Source: Azolla caroliniana
Lineage: Eukaryota > Plantae > Polypodiophyta
Assembly (NCBI GenBank): GCA_043228905.1
Contig: JBHGNT010000016.1
Location: 8,246,001 to 8,310,000, forward strand
Direction: 5' to 3'
Length of the DNA stretch: 64,000 bases
The translations under genes and the position numbers were made by a program. Shown here one piece after another: positions 13,979 through 28,200 of the stretch (position 1 is its first letter; every line of letters begins with the position of its first letter). The notes beneath the pieces are model-generated. The model worked only from the letters and a program-made list of their open reading frames with translations. It did not search any database and was not told the origin of the DNA.

Positions 13979-15655
13979 TCAAAGGCAACAACCCATTTTC
14001 TTATTGCTATCTTGGGTATTATACTTATCACCAACAGCAATTACTTTCCCATCCTTTGGTGCGATCGATGAAGCATCTTCTTCAAGAGACAGTGCTTTCT
14101 TGCTGACAATGTTGTAAACCTCACTCAATATGTTTTGAAATGCTACCTCTACATTTGAAGCATTTAATGCCGAGGTCTCGATGAAAGACAACCCTTCTTT
14201 CTCCGAGAACGCCTCAGCATCTTGTGTCCGAATGGCTCTAAGATGCACAAGGTCAGACTTATTCCCCACTAACATGATAACTATGTTCGCATCAGCATGG
14301 TCCCGAAGCTCCTTCAACCATTTTGTCACATGATCATAACTCAATTGCTTTGTCAAATCATATACTATAAGGGCACCCACGGCCCCTCTGTAATATGCAT
14401 TGGTAATGGCTCTGTACCTTTCTTGTCCTGCTGTGTCCCAAATTTGAGCTTTTATGGTTTTCCCATCCACCTGTAAATACCAGCATTATATCTTAAAACT
14501 TTGTCTGACTGGAGGAAGAAGTGAAGAAAACTCAAAAGGATGATTCTATACATTTGGATCATATCTTCTCAACCACAGCTATTCATTGAGGAGCGAGGTT
14601 CTATGGATCCCATCACCAGAGCCTTGAATTTACGGTTGAATTATCGACTTCCTCAAAAGCTTTTGACTTACAAAATACCCTTAAATCTAGTAGATATGCT
14701 GCCCGTTCTTTCGGATGCTATATGCATGCCTGAGATCTGACCATATTGTTATGAGACATTGGAATAGAGGTTGTTCAATTTAGTCTGGCACTTAGGATTA
14801 CCTTTTTTGTATATGTTATATGTGGATGATGTTGTGCTAATAGCAGACTCTCCTGTTGGGCTTACAAAGATACTTTGGATACTCTACACATTCTTTTGGA
14901 AAGGCTAGTGTTGAGTTTCAATTAACCATGGGAAACACAAGGCCATGGTGCTCTTTACCGCTACATCTCAGGGGATAAGGAGGTTGCCTATACATGATAG
15001 ATATCATGTATGTATGGTTCACAGACAGTAGAGGTTCTGCGATCCACGCTCTAAGTTTGTGGATATTTGATGCAATTGTTTCCAGCCGACAGTTTGTTAA
15101 GGGGAATTGATTTGGGAACCTAGCTTTGCAGATGTGTAGTGATCAATCACTAATGAATTCCAAAACACCAAAGAAAACATCACATGTTTCCCCCATAAAT
15201 CTAATAATCATTGTAGTCAAGCTTTTTAGAGCAAGTTATGATCGACGGTCAGTTTTTAGGTCCTTTTTGCGCCATTTGCTGCCCAGAACTGGCATGGAAT
15301 GGATTGGATACTAGATCTACCAAATTTAGGTTTGACCTCGAGAGGATGTTAAAATGATCACTTTCTTCCTCTCTCTCTCTCTCTCATATTTGTGATCATG
15401 ACTTGTGTCAATGGCCGAGTTTGGTCTCCCATTGACATTAATCTCTCTTTTCTCTCATGCAGATATATATCGCATTGCATTGCATTGCATCGCATCATAT
15501 CCCATCCCAGACATGACGGGCCATAATATGGCATCGACCTAACCTTCATCCGATTTCATTTCAATCCATCTCATCTTATCCCATCCCATCCCGCGCCATG
15601 ATCTCAACCTGACATGACCTCCCATCCCATCCCATCCCATCCCATCTCATCACAG

Positions 15656-15686
<31 letters not shown>

Positions 15687-15904
15687 ATATAGATTCATGA
15701 ATGAAGGAACAAAGCAACAAAGAATACCTGGATGGTTCGGGTAGCGAACTCTACGCCGATGGTGGATTTAGATTCGAGGTGGAATTGGTTGCGAGAGAAG
15801 CGAGAGAGCAGGTTCGATTTACCGACGCCCGAATCGCCAATCAAGACCACCTTAAACAGATAGTCATACTCCACATCGTCCCCTCCCGCCGGAGATCTCC
15901 GCAT
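13979..15904 (-). CDS. RABA: RabA (Rab11-family) small GTPase; exons 15904-15728 and 14470-13979
   Basis: [59 protein letters not shown] and C-terminal CCL prenylation motif. One GT-AG intron, phase 0. Confidence 0.97.
14540..15130 (+). mobile_element. Highly degenerate LINE RT fragment in the Rab intron
   Basis: Remnant of the L-Y-(A/V)[14 protein letters not shown] motif at ~14815-14870 (ttatatgtggatgatgttgtgctaatagcagactctcctgttgggctt). It resembles the LLYADDVVL of the LINE at 27932-29749. Confidence 0.55.
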
Positions 15905-16247
15905 CTTCTTCCTTACAACCCCCTTTTCTGTTTCTTCCTTCCTTCCTTCCTTCTTATTTCTTTCTCTTTGTTCTTCTAGGATTTGCTGCCTGATGGGGTA
16001 AACCCTAAAAGTCCAAGAAACAGAGAGATGAGCCGTAAACAGTCAAGAAAACATTAAAGACAATACATACATACATGCATATGAGGAGGAGAGAGAATTG
16101 TCAATGCCAAAGAAGAAGAATAATAATAATGTCATTGGTCAATTCTCAAAAAAGTCAAAATAGCTGCAAACATTTTATGGGAAAATTACCAAATTATGCT
16201 TCGCGTGTCGTTCGCTACTTCATGTTCTGTTTTTGGTTTTTATTTAC

Positions 16248-16650
16248 GAGGTATAGCCAAATCTTATGACATGCCATGGAAATCATAACCGTGCTTTATT
16301 TGGTTAGTTATATATATATGGGCAAGAACAATTCCGGAAAATTCGTTGCGTCAACTAAGAGGTAGCGAAAATTATAATTCAACTTGTTTGATGCTTACAT
16401 GTATGTATTAGAAGATTTTGAAACCTCGTCCTCCACAACTATACTTATTTGTGGGGATATCGCCAAATCTTATTACGTGCCGTGGAAATCATAACTGCGC
16501 TTTAGTTGATTGGTTATATGGGTAAAAACAATTTCGGGAAATTCGTCGCTTCAACTAAGAGGTAGCAACAATTATAATTCAACTTATCTTATGCTTACAT
16601 GTATTAATAGATTCCGAAACCTTGTCTCCCATAACTATACTTATTTGTGT
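16248..16650. repeat. ~200 bp tandem duplication upstream of the Rab gene
   Basis: gccaaatcttat...ggaaatcataac...tcaactaagaggtagc...atacttatttgtg occurs twice (~16256-16453, ~16462-16649). Confidence 0.85.
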
Positions 16651-17949
16651 CTATATATGTGTGTGTGTGTATGTGTGTGTATTTTATATCATAAGAGTCC
16701 AAAACTTTATCATTATAGCTGGATTTATTTGCTCATATGTATTATAATAGAAGATTCCGATATTCGTTAGTGTTAAAATTGCAACTATCCTACATAGAAG
16801 ATTATGAGTCTTGTATTAGAGGATTTCATCACACTAGAGCTAATCACCCAATAGTTTATACAACAAAGTTATTGGTAAGCTTATGTATATGTTGTTGCAT
16901 ATTATAAGATTCCATACACTAGAACTAATAACTAATAACATTTAGCCAAATTATTAGTAAACTTATTTGTTTATATATGCAATAGTTATTATGACTAATT
17001 TATTTGCTTATATGTATTAGAGGATTCCCAAAAACATTGTTGGGCATTATCATGACAATAATGTATATATGTTTTATCAAAGCACTAATGGCTCTCGATT
17101 GCATTGTGAAATTAGTATTAAGAACATAATTATACGTTTAAAAGAAGTACATGCAAGGTTATGATTTTTGTTGATTTTATGGCAATGTGAAAATCAACTC
17201 AACTAGTCAAAAGAAAGGGCAAAAAAATTCCCCCTTATCACATAGCAAACATGTCCCAATCAAGGCCTGAATTTGACGGGTTAGTCTTTAAGTTTTTTGA
17301 TGGGCATTTTTTAAAGATGTATGTCATATGACATGAGAGTGCAAAAACTAATATGTCATTTGACATACAAGTCTTAATAATGAAAAGCTCTATATGATGC
17401 TTCATTTTTTTTTTTTTTCCAAAAAAAAAATCTACTTCCATTAGTTAAGCAATGTACAAAGGATAATTTACAACTCATATCTTATAAGACATCTTGCATG
17501 TCAAAGGAAAACAATATGTGTAGATGAAACAACAAAAAAACAACTCCAAAGCACCACATCATTCGATGTGTATAGCATTACTCGAACGCATATTCTCCAC
17601 GTGAGCCTCATACCAGCAGAATTCAACATAGATGTCCTCCATTCGCTCTTCATGGCAGCACCCATCTAGATGTTAGGTACACTTGGAGGGAACAACCACC
17701 GTGGTGGTTGATAGTTCCACTTCACTTTACCATCCATTATCAGTAGCATGATGCTTCATTATTATACATTTCATTACTATAGAAAATACACAAGATACAT
17801 AAATAAACATAACTACCTCACAAAGATAATGAAATCATACAAATTGAATACTTAATCATCATATATTTCTTAAAGCCCAAAAAATACAAAAAAGTGTTTG
17901 TCATACCGTGACTCCTCATATTAAGCATTGTGCAATACGTGTCTACTTC

Positions 17950-18360
17950 AATGAATTATGATACTATCCTTCTCTCTTTCTCTTCAAACCAAAGGTTAAA
18001 TATATCCCTCCAACAAATGTTTGATGTCTCTTGAGCATTCAAGGATATAAACATCCACACAATTCACAATGAGAATGATTCCATTGTACTAACTAACATA
18101 TACACAAACTTTGATATTTCAAATCCATGCGCAATTAAGCACTTGATGTTCGTTGTTGGTAATACATATAATGCCTTCTTCAATTTACATGCATAACCTA
18201 AGAATTTTGGATATTGCATATAAATTTCCTTGCATGCATGTTCATGTACATATTGTTCCCAACTACTCGTGCATTAGTGTCATAAGCCTCTTCGCTAAGC
18301 TCATATGGCCAAATGAGCATACCATCTACAAGATATTTGTTCTCTATCAAAGTTTTGTTA
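17950..18360 (-). mobile_element. Very old copia RT fragment
   Basis: Minus strand retains ACKLKKALY and an ARLVAKGY-like remnant, heavily frameshifted. Confidence 0.5.
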
Positions 18361-18619
18361 ACTCATACAATACAATATGTACTTGTACGATGTGTGATGT
18401 GTGACAATAAGATGTGCTTATTGTACTCGATGACTTATAGCATACAATACAGTAAATACAAAAAATTTGATCACTAATTTTAAGAATCAAAATATCCCCA
18501 ATATTAAGATTCAATAGACCAAATTAACCTCCAATTTAGAAAGTGCATGAAAATTTTAAAATTTTCAAAATACTTCCTAGAGTATCCTAAAATTCCTCTA
18601 GCATCACTTGTGCATATTA

Positions 18620-21600
18620 ATAGTTCATCCAATCAGCAATCAGACCTATCTCACCTCCTCCATGCTTTCTATGGCTTTCAATAATTCTGGGACCGCATCC
18701 ACCTACAAGTAGTGGGTGCGGAAGAGTGGTGCATTGGAGGGGATTTTAATATGATCGAATCCATTCATGATAGCTCCAACAACAACCCCATAGTTCTACA
18801 AGGAAGGGAATGCAAACAATGGGAGAAGCTATGTGTCCACCTTAACCTGTGAGACATCTGGCATTCTGCCAACTTCCAACGGAAAAGGGATTCTCTCCTA
18901 TTCTCCCGATCAGACAGGCGGAATAGTGGACCCACCCTATCTCGCATTGACCACATTTATGTGGGGGAGGCTTTAGAAGTGAAGGGAGGGTGGTGTCGCA
19001 TAACTCTAGGCACAACTTTCTCTGACCATTACCCGATAGCTGGTCATTTTCAATTGCACCGAAAATGGGGCCCATTCCAGACTTGCATCCCACACACTAT
19101 TTACACACTTATAGACGTGAAGGACCAACTATCCAACCAATGGTCATTACCCGTCAATGGCTCATCAGCATCGGACAAACTTTTAGCTAAATTAACAAGA
19201 GCCTCTACTCTCCTACATGAGATTGTCAAGACCAGACGCAAGGATGCTCAGGAGAAGCGATAGAGGACAAAACGGGGACTAATAGCCTTACAACGACTCC
19301 AACAGAGATACCCATCCTGTATTTGGATCGTAGGACAAGTCGCCACGGCCAAACAGGAACTTAGCATTGCAGAAAAGGCAATATATGACATGGAGTTTCA
19401 TGGCAGCATGGCGCAATGAATTCGAGTAGGGGACAAAACCACAAAGGAATTCTTCCGCTCCAAAGGCCCGAGGCACGCTAGAACTGTGATGCGCAACCTC
19501 AACCGGGAGGATGGAACGACCACTGAGGATGGCGATGAAATGAGGAATATTGCCACAAGGTATTATAGCCGCCTACTTACCGAAGACATTATAGCTACAG
19601 GGGAAGACATAAGCGATGATATTATCCTCCAAAGCATACCTGAGAAAGTCACGCCGGAAATGAATACCTGGCTCGTGCGTCCCCTATCAATCATTGAGAT
19701 ATGGGAGGCTCTCACTGATTTAGATGCCGAGAGCTGCCCCGGAATTGACGGTCTCACCCCACACTTTTTCACATGCCTTTGGGGCACTATTAAAGAAGAC
19801 CTCCTCCAGGCATATGAGGAGATCATTACCTCTGGAAGCATGCCGGAGGAATTTGGACAGGGGATGATACATCTCATTCCTAAAAGTGGTGGGAATGCCA
19901 ACGACATTCACAAGTGGCGGCCCATTACTCTTCTCAATACTGTCTATAAGTTGCTCGCAAAAATCGTGGCACACCATTTAACTCCACTTCTCCCTCAACT
20001 CATTCATCCGTCCCAGACAAGTTTCGTTAGAAATCGGAGCATCCTAGACAACCTCTTCTCATTCTGGGAAGTAGTAGCCCTTGCCAAGCAGACCAACAAG
20101 AAGGAAGCGGTGGTGCTACTAGATTTTGAGAAAGCATATGACAGGGTATGTTGGAACTTTCTAGAAAGTGTGATGAGGAAACTCAGCTTTCAAGAGACAT
20201 GGATCAAAGGCATTGTAGGATTTTATAGGAATGGCAGCAGTTGCGTTTCGCTGGCAGGTGAAAGGGGCCCCTTTTTCCGAATATCCCGCTCTGTACGGCA
20301 GGGATGCCCACTAGCTCCATCCTTATTTCTATTATATGCCGAAACACTCTCTTGCTTTCTCAACTCGCGGCATCTCAACCTACGTGGTCTTCCCATACCT
20401 CATTCTTACCAAAGCATCCTGGATATAGAATTTGCAGATGACACAACAGTCTACCTACAAGGGGACCTGGAAAACCTCCAAAAGCTAGAAAGTGGGCTAA
20501 CTTTATTTTGCAAGCGATCCAACGCCATGATCAATTGGCACAAATCCTGTGCAATATGGCTCTCTCAGGAAACACATCCAGCGTGGCACCCACACCCCGC
20601 TTTCAAGTGGATCAATCAAGGAGTGAGCACCAAATATTTGGGCTTCCAAATTGGTTTCAACATACCGCCGGAGACTATGATTGCACCCGTTATCCTTTCC
20701 ATTCGACAAAAGTTGATACATTGGAGCTCGAAAAAATTGTCGCTAGCAGGTCGCATCATAGTGGCAAATCAGGTACTCCTCGCAACAACATGGTACAGTC
20801 TATCATGCTGGACAATCTCCAAGGAAAGTATACATCAGATTCAATGACTGGTCCGCAACTACATTTGGTCTGGTAAGGAAGACCATGTAGCTCGCGCCAA
20901 GGTGGTGTGGCCTATACTCACAACGCCTAAGTCGAGAGGGGGATTGGGTCTTATTGATCCCCTTTCACAATTGAAAGCCTTACTTGCCAAATTTGTGGTG
21001 CGAGGACTCCAACCAGGAAATGATTGTTGGAAAATGCTACTGAGGTTACGTTTCACTTACTTTAGGCCACGAAAAGGGGTCAATTGGGCCCCCCAAACGG
21101 GATGGATTCTAAACATGGATCTCAAACCTAGTTTCTCCTGCCATTTGGAGGACAGATTCAGTGCATCCATGTGGAAGGCATGGTGTGACATTCGTCGAGG
21201 GCTCAAGTGTGATCAACCGAGATCCGAACCTGCCTGCCTCAGTCAACGTATCCTATGGAACCCATGTCTCAAGGATGAATCTAATCAACTATTGGGACAT
21301 GGGGATACATTGCAGAAGGTCCAGGCAAAAGTATAGAATGTTGGCGACAGTTTATGTCAATGCCACTACAAGATCAAGGGGCGGATGGACTATGAGATCA
21401 GAAATCATTAATGCTCTACTGATTAGGGAATCTGCTACTCAAAGGACGACAATGGAGAAATGGATAGGCCACGAGGAGGAGGGTTCTCTGATCCCGAGAG
21501 GTAGGGGATCACTAGACAGACTCGAAGGCCCTGAATTGCGAGACACTGAGACACCAACACAGAATAACGCCATTCGAGTACTCGCGTACACTGGTCATAA

Positions 21601-22133
21601 ATGGATTGTAGATCCTGATCCGATCAAAGTACAACCCGATTGGCATATATGTACTCATGAAAACACATGGCTACGTAAGGTCAGTTGGGACCCTTTGCAA
21701 TGGACATGGCGTGATCCCTACGCGGGGCAAGGAAGCAAACCCATCCCTTTCTTCCAATTCACAACTAGATTGGGTCGCCACATTCTAGCTGCTCAAGCCG
21801 CCCGAGAACCGGATGCTGCGAAGGTCTGGCACACATTTCAAGTTCCCTCCGCAATAATCACCAAGTTTTGGCAGAAAATCTGGAAGCAACAACACGCGAG
21901 GCGAATTACCACTTTCCAATGGCTGTTAATACATAAGTCCCTACCGGTGGGAGCATGGCAACGTGGGAACCTTAGCTCTCCTAATTGTGTAGAGTGCCCG
22001 CATGCAATAGAATCCATACGACACGCTCTATGGGACTTCCCAATGCCCCATAGAATATGGCGGGGGGTTGGCCGCTTGTTGCAATTATGCCAGGTGCAAG
22101 GTTCAACCAAGTGGGGAAATATATGTTGGCTAT
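18620..22133 (+). mobile_element. L1-clade LINE ORF2 (endonuclease end, RT, zf-RVT); disrupted, 5'-truncated, cut at the 3' end by a copia LTR
   Basis: WCIGGDFN, SRIDHIY, SDHYPI (APE). WRPITLLNTVYK, LDFEKAYDRV, RQGCPLAP, FADD (RT, ORF 19486-20847). FQWLLIHKSLPVG..CVEC..ESIRHALW (zf-RVT). Confidence 0.92.
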
Positions 22134-22184
22134 TGTAAAGAATCAAGAGATGGATTCTTGTGAAGCGGAATAGGTGTAAACTAC

Positions 22185-22220
<36 letters not shown>

Positions 22221-25029
22221 ACGCAAGGTTTAAAGTATATTGACAAAGGAGAAAGACTCAACATGATACAAGGTGGGAGGAGGGTGCTTTATGTAGTCAC
22301 CCTCTCTCTTCATCAACTACAAGGCTCATGGAGCATGGGGAATGTGAAAGCTCATAAGTTATGTGTCATAGAATATGATTCTATGACTCATACTAAATGC
22401 TAGAATACAAAGTGGTGACATAATGGTGACTCTTGACCGTTGGAGTGTCTCTTCACTCTCAAGGTGAGTTCACACACTAGACCAAGTTGAGTTTGATTCT
22501 CAACACGCCCCCTCAAGCTCAAGTCGGGTCGGTTTCAGACTCTATTCGAAATCCGCTTCAACTCGTGTTCTGGAGTCCACGTCAACTCGTGTCGACTCGC
22601 ATGTATGCAGAGTTGCGGAATCCGTGCTCCAGCTTGCGTTGTGCGTAGTTACGAAGTCAGTGCTTCAGCTTGCGTGCGTAGTTGTGAAGTCTGTGCTTCG
22701 GCTTGCGTTTTTCTTCGCGGCTTTGTTGCGTGGTTGCGGAATCCACGCGTTATTGCGTAGTGCGCGGTTGCGGAATCTATGCGTTATTGCGTAGTGTCTT
22801 TAGTACTCCCCCTCAAGCTTGGTAGGTCAGGGATCGTCAATCCGAGATTGGCCATGAATTGCCATAGCTTGTCGGCTCCTAAGGCTTTAGTGAAGATGTC
22901 AGCCATTTGAAGATTGGTGCTAATGTGTTGTAGGTCGACATCGCCAGCTAGAACGCGCTCTCGGATGAAGTGATAGTGCACTTCGATGTGCTTTGTTCGC
23001 GCGTGGAACACTGGGTTCCGAGCCAGATAAATACTACTCATGTTGTCGCAGTAAAGGGGAGTCGGATCCTTGATGGGAACGCCCAAATCCTTCAAAATCC
23101 AAGCCATACGGCTTCACATGCAGCTACGGCTGTGCCCCTATATTCTGCCTCCGTACTCGAAAGAGCGACGGTAGGCTGCTTCTTGCTACTCCAGGATATT
23201 GCTCCGTTGCCGAGGGAGAAAACAAATCCGGAGGTTGATCTTCTATCGGCTTTGTAGCTGGCCCAATCGGCATCTGTGTACCCCTCGAGTCGTATTGGCG
23301 TCGCGGTCTTGTAGAGGATGCTGCAATCCATTGTGCCGCTCACGTATCGTAGAACTCACTTAGCGCAATCCAAGTGAGTATCACGCGGTGTTTGCATGAA
23401 TTGGCTAAGGAGACCAACCGGATAACTGAGATCGGGTCGTGTGATCGTGAGGTAGATGAGACTCTCGATGAGTTGCCAATACTGAGTCGGCTCACACGCT
23501 TTGGTGTTGGAGTTCGCATCTAGTTTGAGATTGCGATCGAGCGGGGTTGCCATGGATTTGCACTCAGCCATCCCGAACTTGTATAACAAGTTGAGGATGT
23601 AGTGTCGTTGAGAGATCATGATTCCGGCTGGAGTCCAAATTACCTCGATGCCGAGGAAGTAGTGAAGCTCCTTCATGTCCGTCATCTCAAACTTGTCGGA
23701 AAGGAGGGATTTGACTTTATTGATTTCGACGAGATGCTCACCTCCAATGACTATGTCATCCACATATAAGATGATGACGATCGGACTTGCGAAATCGCTT
23801 CGTATGTAGAGGGAGTTGTCTGATTTTGACATACGGAAGCCGATTTGATGAAGATATTGCGTTATCTTCGAATGCCAAGCACGCGGTGCTTGCTTGAGGC
23901 CGTAGAGTGGATTCTTGAGTCAGCAAACCGCTTTCGGATGGGTGCTCGAGTTGAAGCCGGTTGGTTGGATCATGTACACCTCCTCTTCTAATTCACCTTG
24001 TAGAAAGGCGTTCTTGATGTCCATTTGATGGAGGTGCCACCCTTTCGCCGCGGCAATCGCAATTACGGTCCGTACCGTCGTCATCTTTTCCACCGGGGCA
24101 AAGGTCTCTTCATAGTCGACGCCATGCGTCTGAGCGTATCCTTTCGCTACGAGTCGAGCTTTGTAGCGGTTTACGGAGCCATCAACGTTATACTTCACCT
24201 TGTAGATCCATCTGCATCCGATCGCCTTTTTGTGTGGTGAGGTGGGAACGAGATCCCACGTCTCATTCTTCCGTAGTGCCTGCATCTCCTCGGTCATTGC
24301 TTCGATCCATCGCGGGTCCTTCGCGGCTTCCGAAAAGGTTTCCGGCTCCCGTACTGTCGCTACCTTCATCATAAAGGCGTAATGGTACGCCATATAATCG
24401 TTGTATCTGAATCGGCTTACGGGGTTCTTTTCACGAGTGGATCGGTGGAGCTTTTCATTTGTAGAGATGAGGGCTTTCTTAGCTCCGATTGGTACATCGA
24501 AGCCGCCGAACTCACTATCGAGTGAGTGAGTCGATTCATCGTCGTCGAAGCGGTCGTCTTCATATTCCGCCATTTTCGCCTTGCCTTTGTCCATCTTCGG
24601 GCTAGGCCGTGATGTGCTTTGATTGCTCAAAGGCTCTTGTGGTCTGCTCAGTTGGGTCGTGATCAGACTTTCTTTGATCATGCGCGTAGGGCGATCTTCA
24701 TCCTCAATCTCTTGTTCGGCAGATTCCGGGACGAGTGGAGTCGGAGTTGGAGTTGTCTCTGGTGCGTACCAGGATGCGGACTCGTCAAAAACGATGTCTC
24801 GACTTACTCGAGATTTTCGAGTTGAGGGGTTGTAGCACTTGTACCCCTTTTGCTCCAATGAGTATCCTACGAGGATACATTTCTCCGACTTCGGGTCAAG
24901 CTTTTGACGCTTCTCGTCGGGGATGTGCACGTACGCAATAGAGCCGAATATCCGAACATGTGATAGGTTCGGCTTCTTTCCGAAGAATCTTTCGTGCGGA
25001 GTGACCTCGTGCACGCCGGATGTTGTGCA
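22134..25029 (-). mobile_element. Ty1/copia element, 3' half (integrase C-term, RT, RNase H) with 3' LTR 22134-22505
   Basis: YKARLVAKGY, LHQMDIKNAFL, LYVDDI, YTDADWA, HARTKHIEVHYHFIRE. PPT-like GAGGGGGCG adjoins the LTR TGTTGAGAATC...CTTTACA. Same family as the LTR at 51811-52213. Frameshifted. Confidence 0.92.
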
Positions 25030-25197
25030 GAGTCTCTCTTCTTCCCCTTTCCCCTTTGTTTCTTTGAGTCGTGTGGCTGCCGTCGGTGTGCGTGAGTAGG
25101 ACCCCGTGTCGGGTCCATTACCGGGTTGTCGGTTGTAAGCTATTAACTATAGTAATCAGATTCCTATTTTCCTTGCTCTTGATCTCTCTCTGTGTAC

Positions 25198-25202
<5 letters not shown>

Positions 25203-25236
<34 letters not shown>

Positions 25237-28200
25237 CAAAGCTCTCTGTAAGTTCACTCTGGCCATCATTTTCTACATTCTATAGCTCGTTGGAAAGCTC
25301 TTTGAGAGAGCTTTCTAAAGAATGTTCATTTACTGAATTCCGTTACCGTGGCGAGAAGTTATGAGCCTTTTCATCCGCAACCATCTTTGCCCCACGGTTC
25401 CTCAAACGGAAGGTAGATTTTGAAGCCCTAAATCGAGTGAAAGGTACATTCTCTCTCCTTCCCTCTCTGTCTCTCTTTTCCCGTAGGGTTTGTCCCTACA
25501 ATGGCAAATACTCGTAAAACCGCCGCAAAGTTCAGGGGTGGTATGATTGACAATGAGCCGAGATCACCAACAAATCTCGATTCTAATGCAATGGACAAAA
25601 TGCTTATGAGTCACTTGATTTCTCTTCAAGAAACCATAAACAAGCAAGGTGAAGAGATTAGGACGTTAATGAAAGAGAATACTAAGCTCCAAAGTGTTGT
25701 CATTGAGAATGAAAGTCTTAAACAAGTGGTTGCAAAACTTCAAGAAGGGATTCAAGAATGTAAAAGAGCTTCTTTTGAAACAAATGAGCGCCTTAACAAG
25801 ATTGAGTTAAAGGAAGCATTAAAAGAAGAAAAATTGGACACGATGAGGCGGGATGTAAGTGAGATGAAAAATGTATGTACAACGAAGTCATGGGCCGATG
25901 TATGTGGTGGGGATGTGCTATCAAACTCATCTAATATGCATGTGATGCATCAAGAGAAGAATATAGAAAGCATAGATGTCCGGGAATTGAAAGAACGTGA
26001 ACGACGATCAAAGAACATTGTCGTCCGTGGGATTAAAGAAGAGAGTATTGAAACACCCGCATCCCTTGGAAAGGCCATTGGTGAATTTTTTAGCATGCAT
26101 TATGGGATGTCAGATGTGAATGTATATGGGGCACACCGAGTTGGGAAACACGGTGTTACTCGCTCCGGAGAAAGGCCTATTGTATGCACAATGATAGATG
26201 ATACAAAGCGGCAGATCATACAATAGTTGGGTATACCTCAAAGGTACACAATGCTTTGTGAGTGAAGATCGTACTATCTCACAACAAAATGCTCGTCGTA
26301 AAGCATATGAAGAAAGATTGAAAAACAAGGTTACGGATGTGCCTAAAGATGGAAATGTAGGCAAATAGGGACACGTGATCTATGAGACTAACCCACGCCT
26401 TTTACGACTATGCTTTTGGAATTGCAATGGATACCCATGGAATGCGGGATTTGGCATAGAGGAGTTCACCGATGACTCAGATATCACACTTCTTGTTGAA
26501 ACATGGGAGCATGATACTCAAAGGATTCAAGGTTTAGGAAACTATAATGTACACTCTTTGATATGGAAGAAAAATCCAAGACAAAGAAGAGGACAAGGAG
26601 GGGTGGCATGTTTGATTAAGAAGGAAATAGAGAAATATGTGTCAATCATAAAAAATGATGAAAATAAATGCTACATATGGCTCAAAATAGAAACACCTAA
26701 TGATTTGCCCACTTTTGTAGTTGGATGTTACATTCCTCATCAAGATTCTAACTTTTATGCTTGTTTGGATAAAGATCAACCGTTTGCCAATCTAGAAGAT
26801 GATATTGCTTATTTCAAATCCAAAGGGGAAGTTATTGTCTTTGGTGACATGAATGCTCGTACAAGAAGTTTCCAACTTGATTCACAAGAATCTTTCATGC
26901 CACATATCTCAAGGATGCAAGAGGATATGCAAATGTATAACTGCTCTTCTAGCGATGAAAAAGATCCAGACCAATTTGGGAAGTTACTCCTACAAATGTG
27001 CAATAGTACCGAATTGCTTATTGCAAATGGTATTTCCTTATGGCCCAACACTAATGGTTTTACATGTAGAAAACACAACGGAAATAGTGTGATTGACTAT
27101 GTGCTACTTTCCGAAGGTATTTTGGATCGTATACATAAATTCTCACTTGGTGAATGGACACCGGAATCTGATCATAGGCCTTTATGAATTGATCTCAAAT
27201 GTATGCATCGGTTTGATTGTGAGAAGGCTATTGAAGATAATAAACAACCGCACTTGAGCATGAACCTTAATCGAGCACCCATGTACTCCAAGATGGTTGA
27301 GGATATGTTACAAATGACAAAGATACAACATGGTGCCACACTAGAATGCAAATGGGAAGCTTTCAAGAAAGTCATTCTCTCATGTACAAACAAATGTTTT
27401 TTGACCAACCGCACATCTTGGAAATGCACCAAGAAACTTAGGAAAAAATGGTTTGATAAAGAATGTCGTGAAGCTCGAAAGTGCCTTATGGTTTTGGACG
27501 TAGATAAGGATAAAGAGAATTACCAAAAGCATTTGCATGAGTATAAAAGGCTTATTCAAAGAAAGAGAAGAATATGGGAAGTTACTCAACAATTTATCCA
27601 AACGCAAGAGAAAGCACATGCATGTGCTAAATTTTGGGGAAATCTAAAGGGAAAACGTGTTGAGAGTTATGGTGACTTAACTCTTCATGACTTGTCTATG
27701 CATTGTAAGAATTTATATGAGTTATCTCTTGCCGGAAAGATGATGGGTTATGGTTCTCTTTCACATATGCCTCCCTTCTTTACAATTGAAGATATATGCA
27801 TAGGACTTAAGAAATTGGCCTCTCGAAAGGCAAGCGATCTTCAATGTATAAAGGCTGAAATGCTCAAATGGACGGGAAAGGAAGCACATATATGGATAAG
27901 CGATATGTTTAATGATGCATTGTAACATGGTATGCCGTACGATTGGACTACAAATTGGATCAAACCTTTACATAAAGGTGGAGATATAAATAATGTAAAC
28001 AACTATCGAACCATCATGGTTGGCTCATTAATGGCAAAACTATTTGGATGTATAATGGAATCAAAGATAAGTGTATGGGCTGAAAAAAGTGGTAAGAGAG
28101 CTTATGGACAAGCTGGCTTTCGGAAACACCATAGCACCATTGATCACCTTATCACCCTTCGAGTATTAATGGAGGAAAGTCGCCTTAGAGGTAAAGGTTT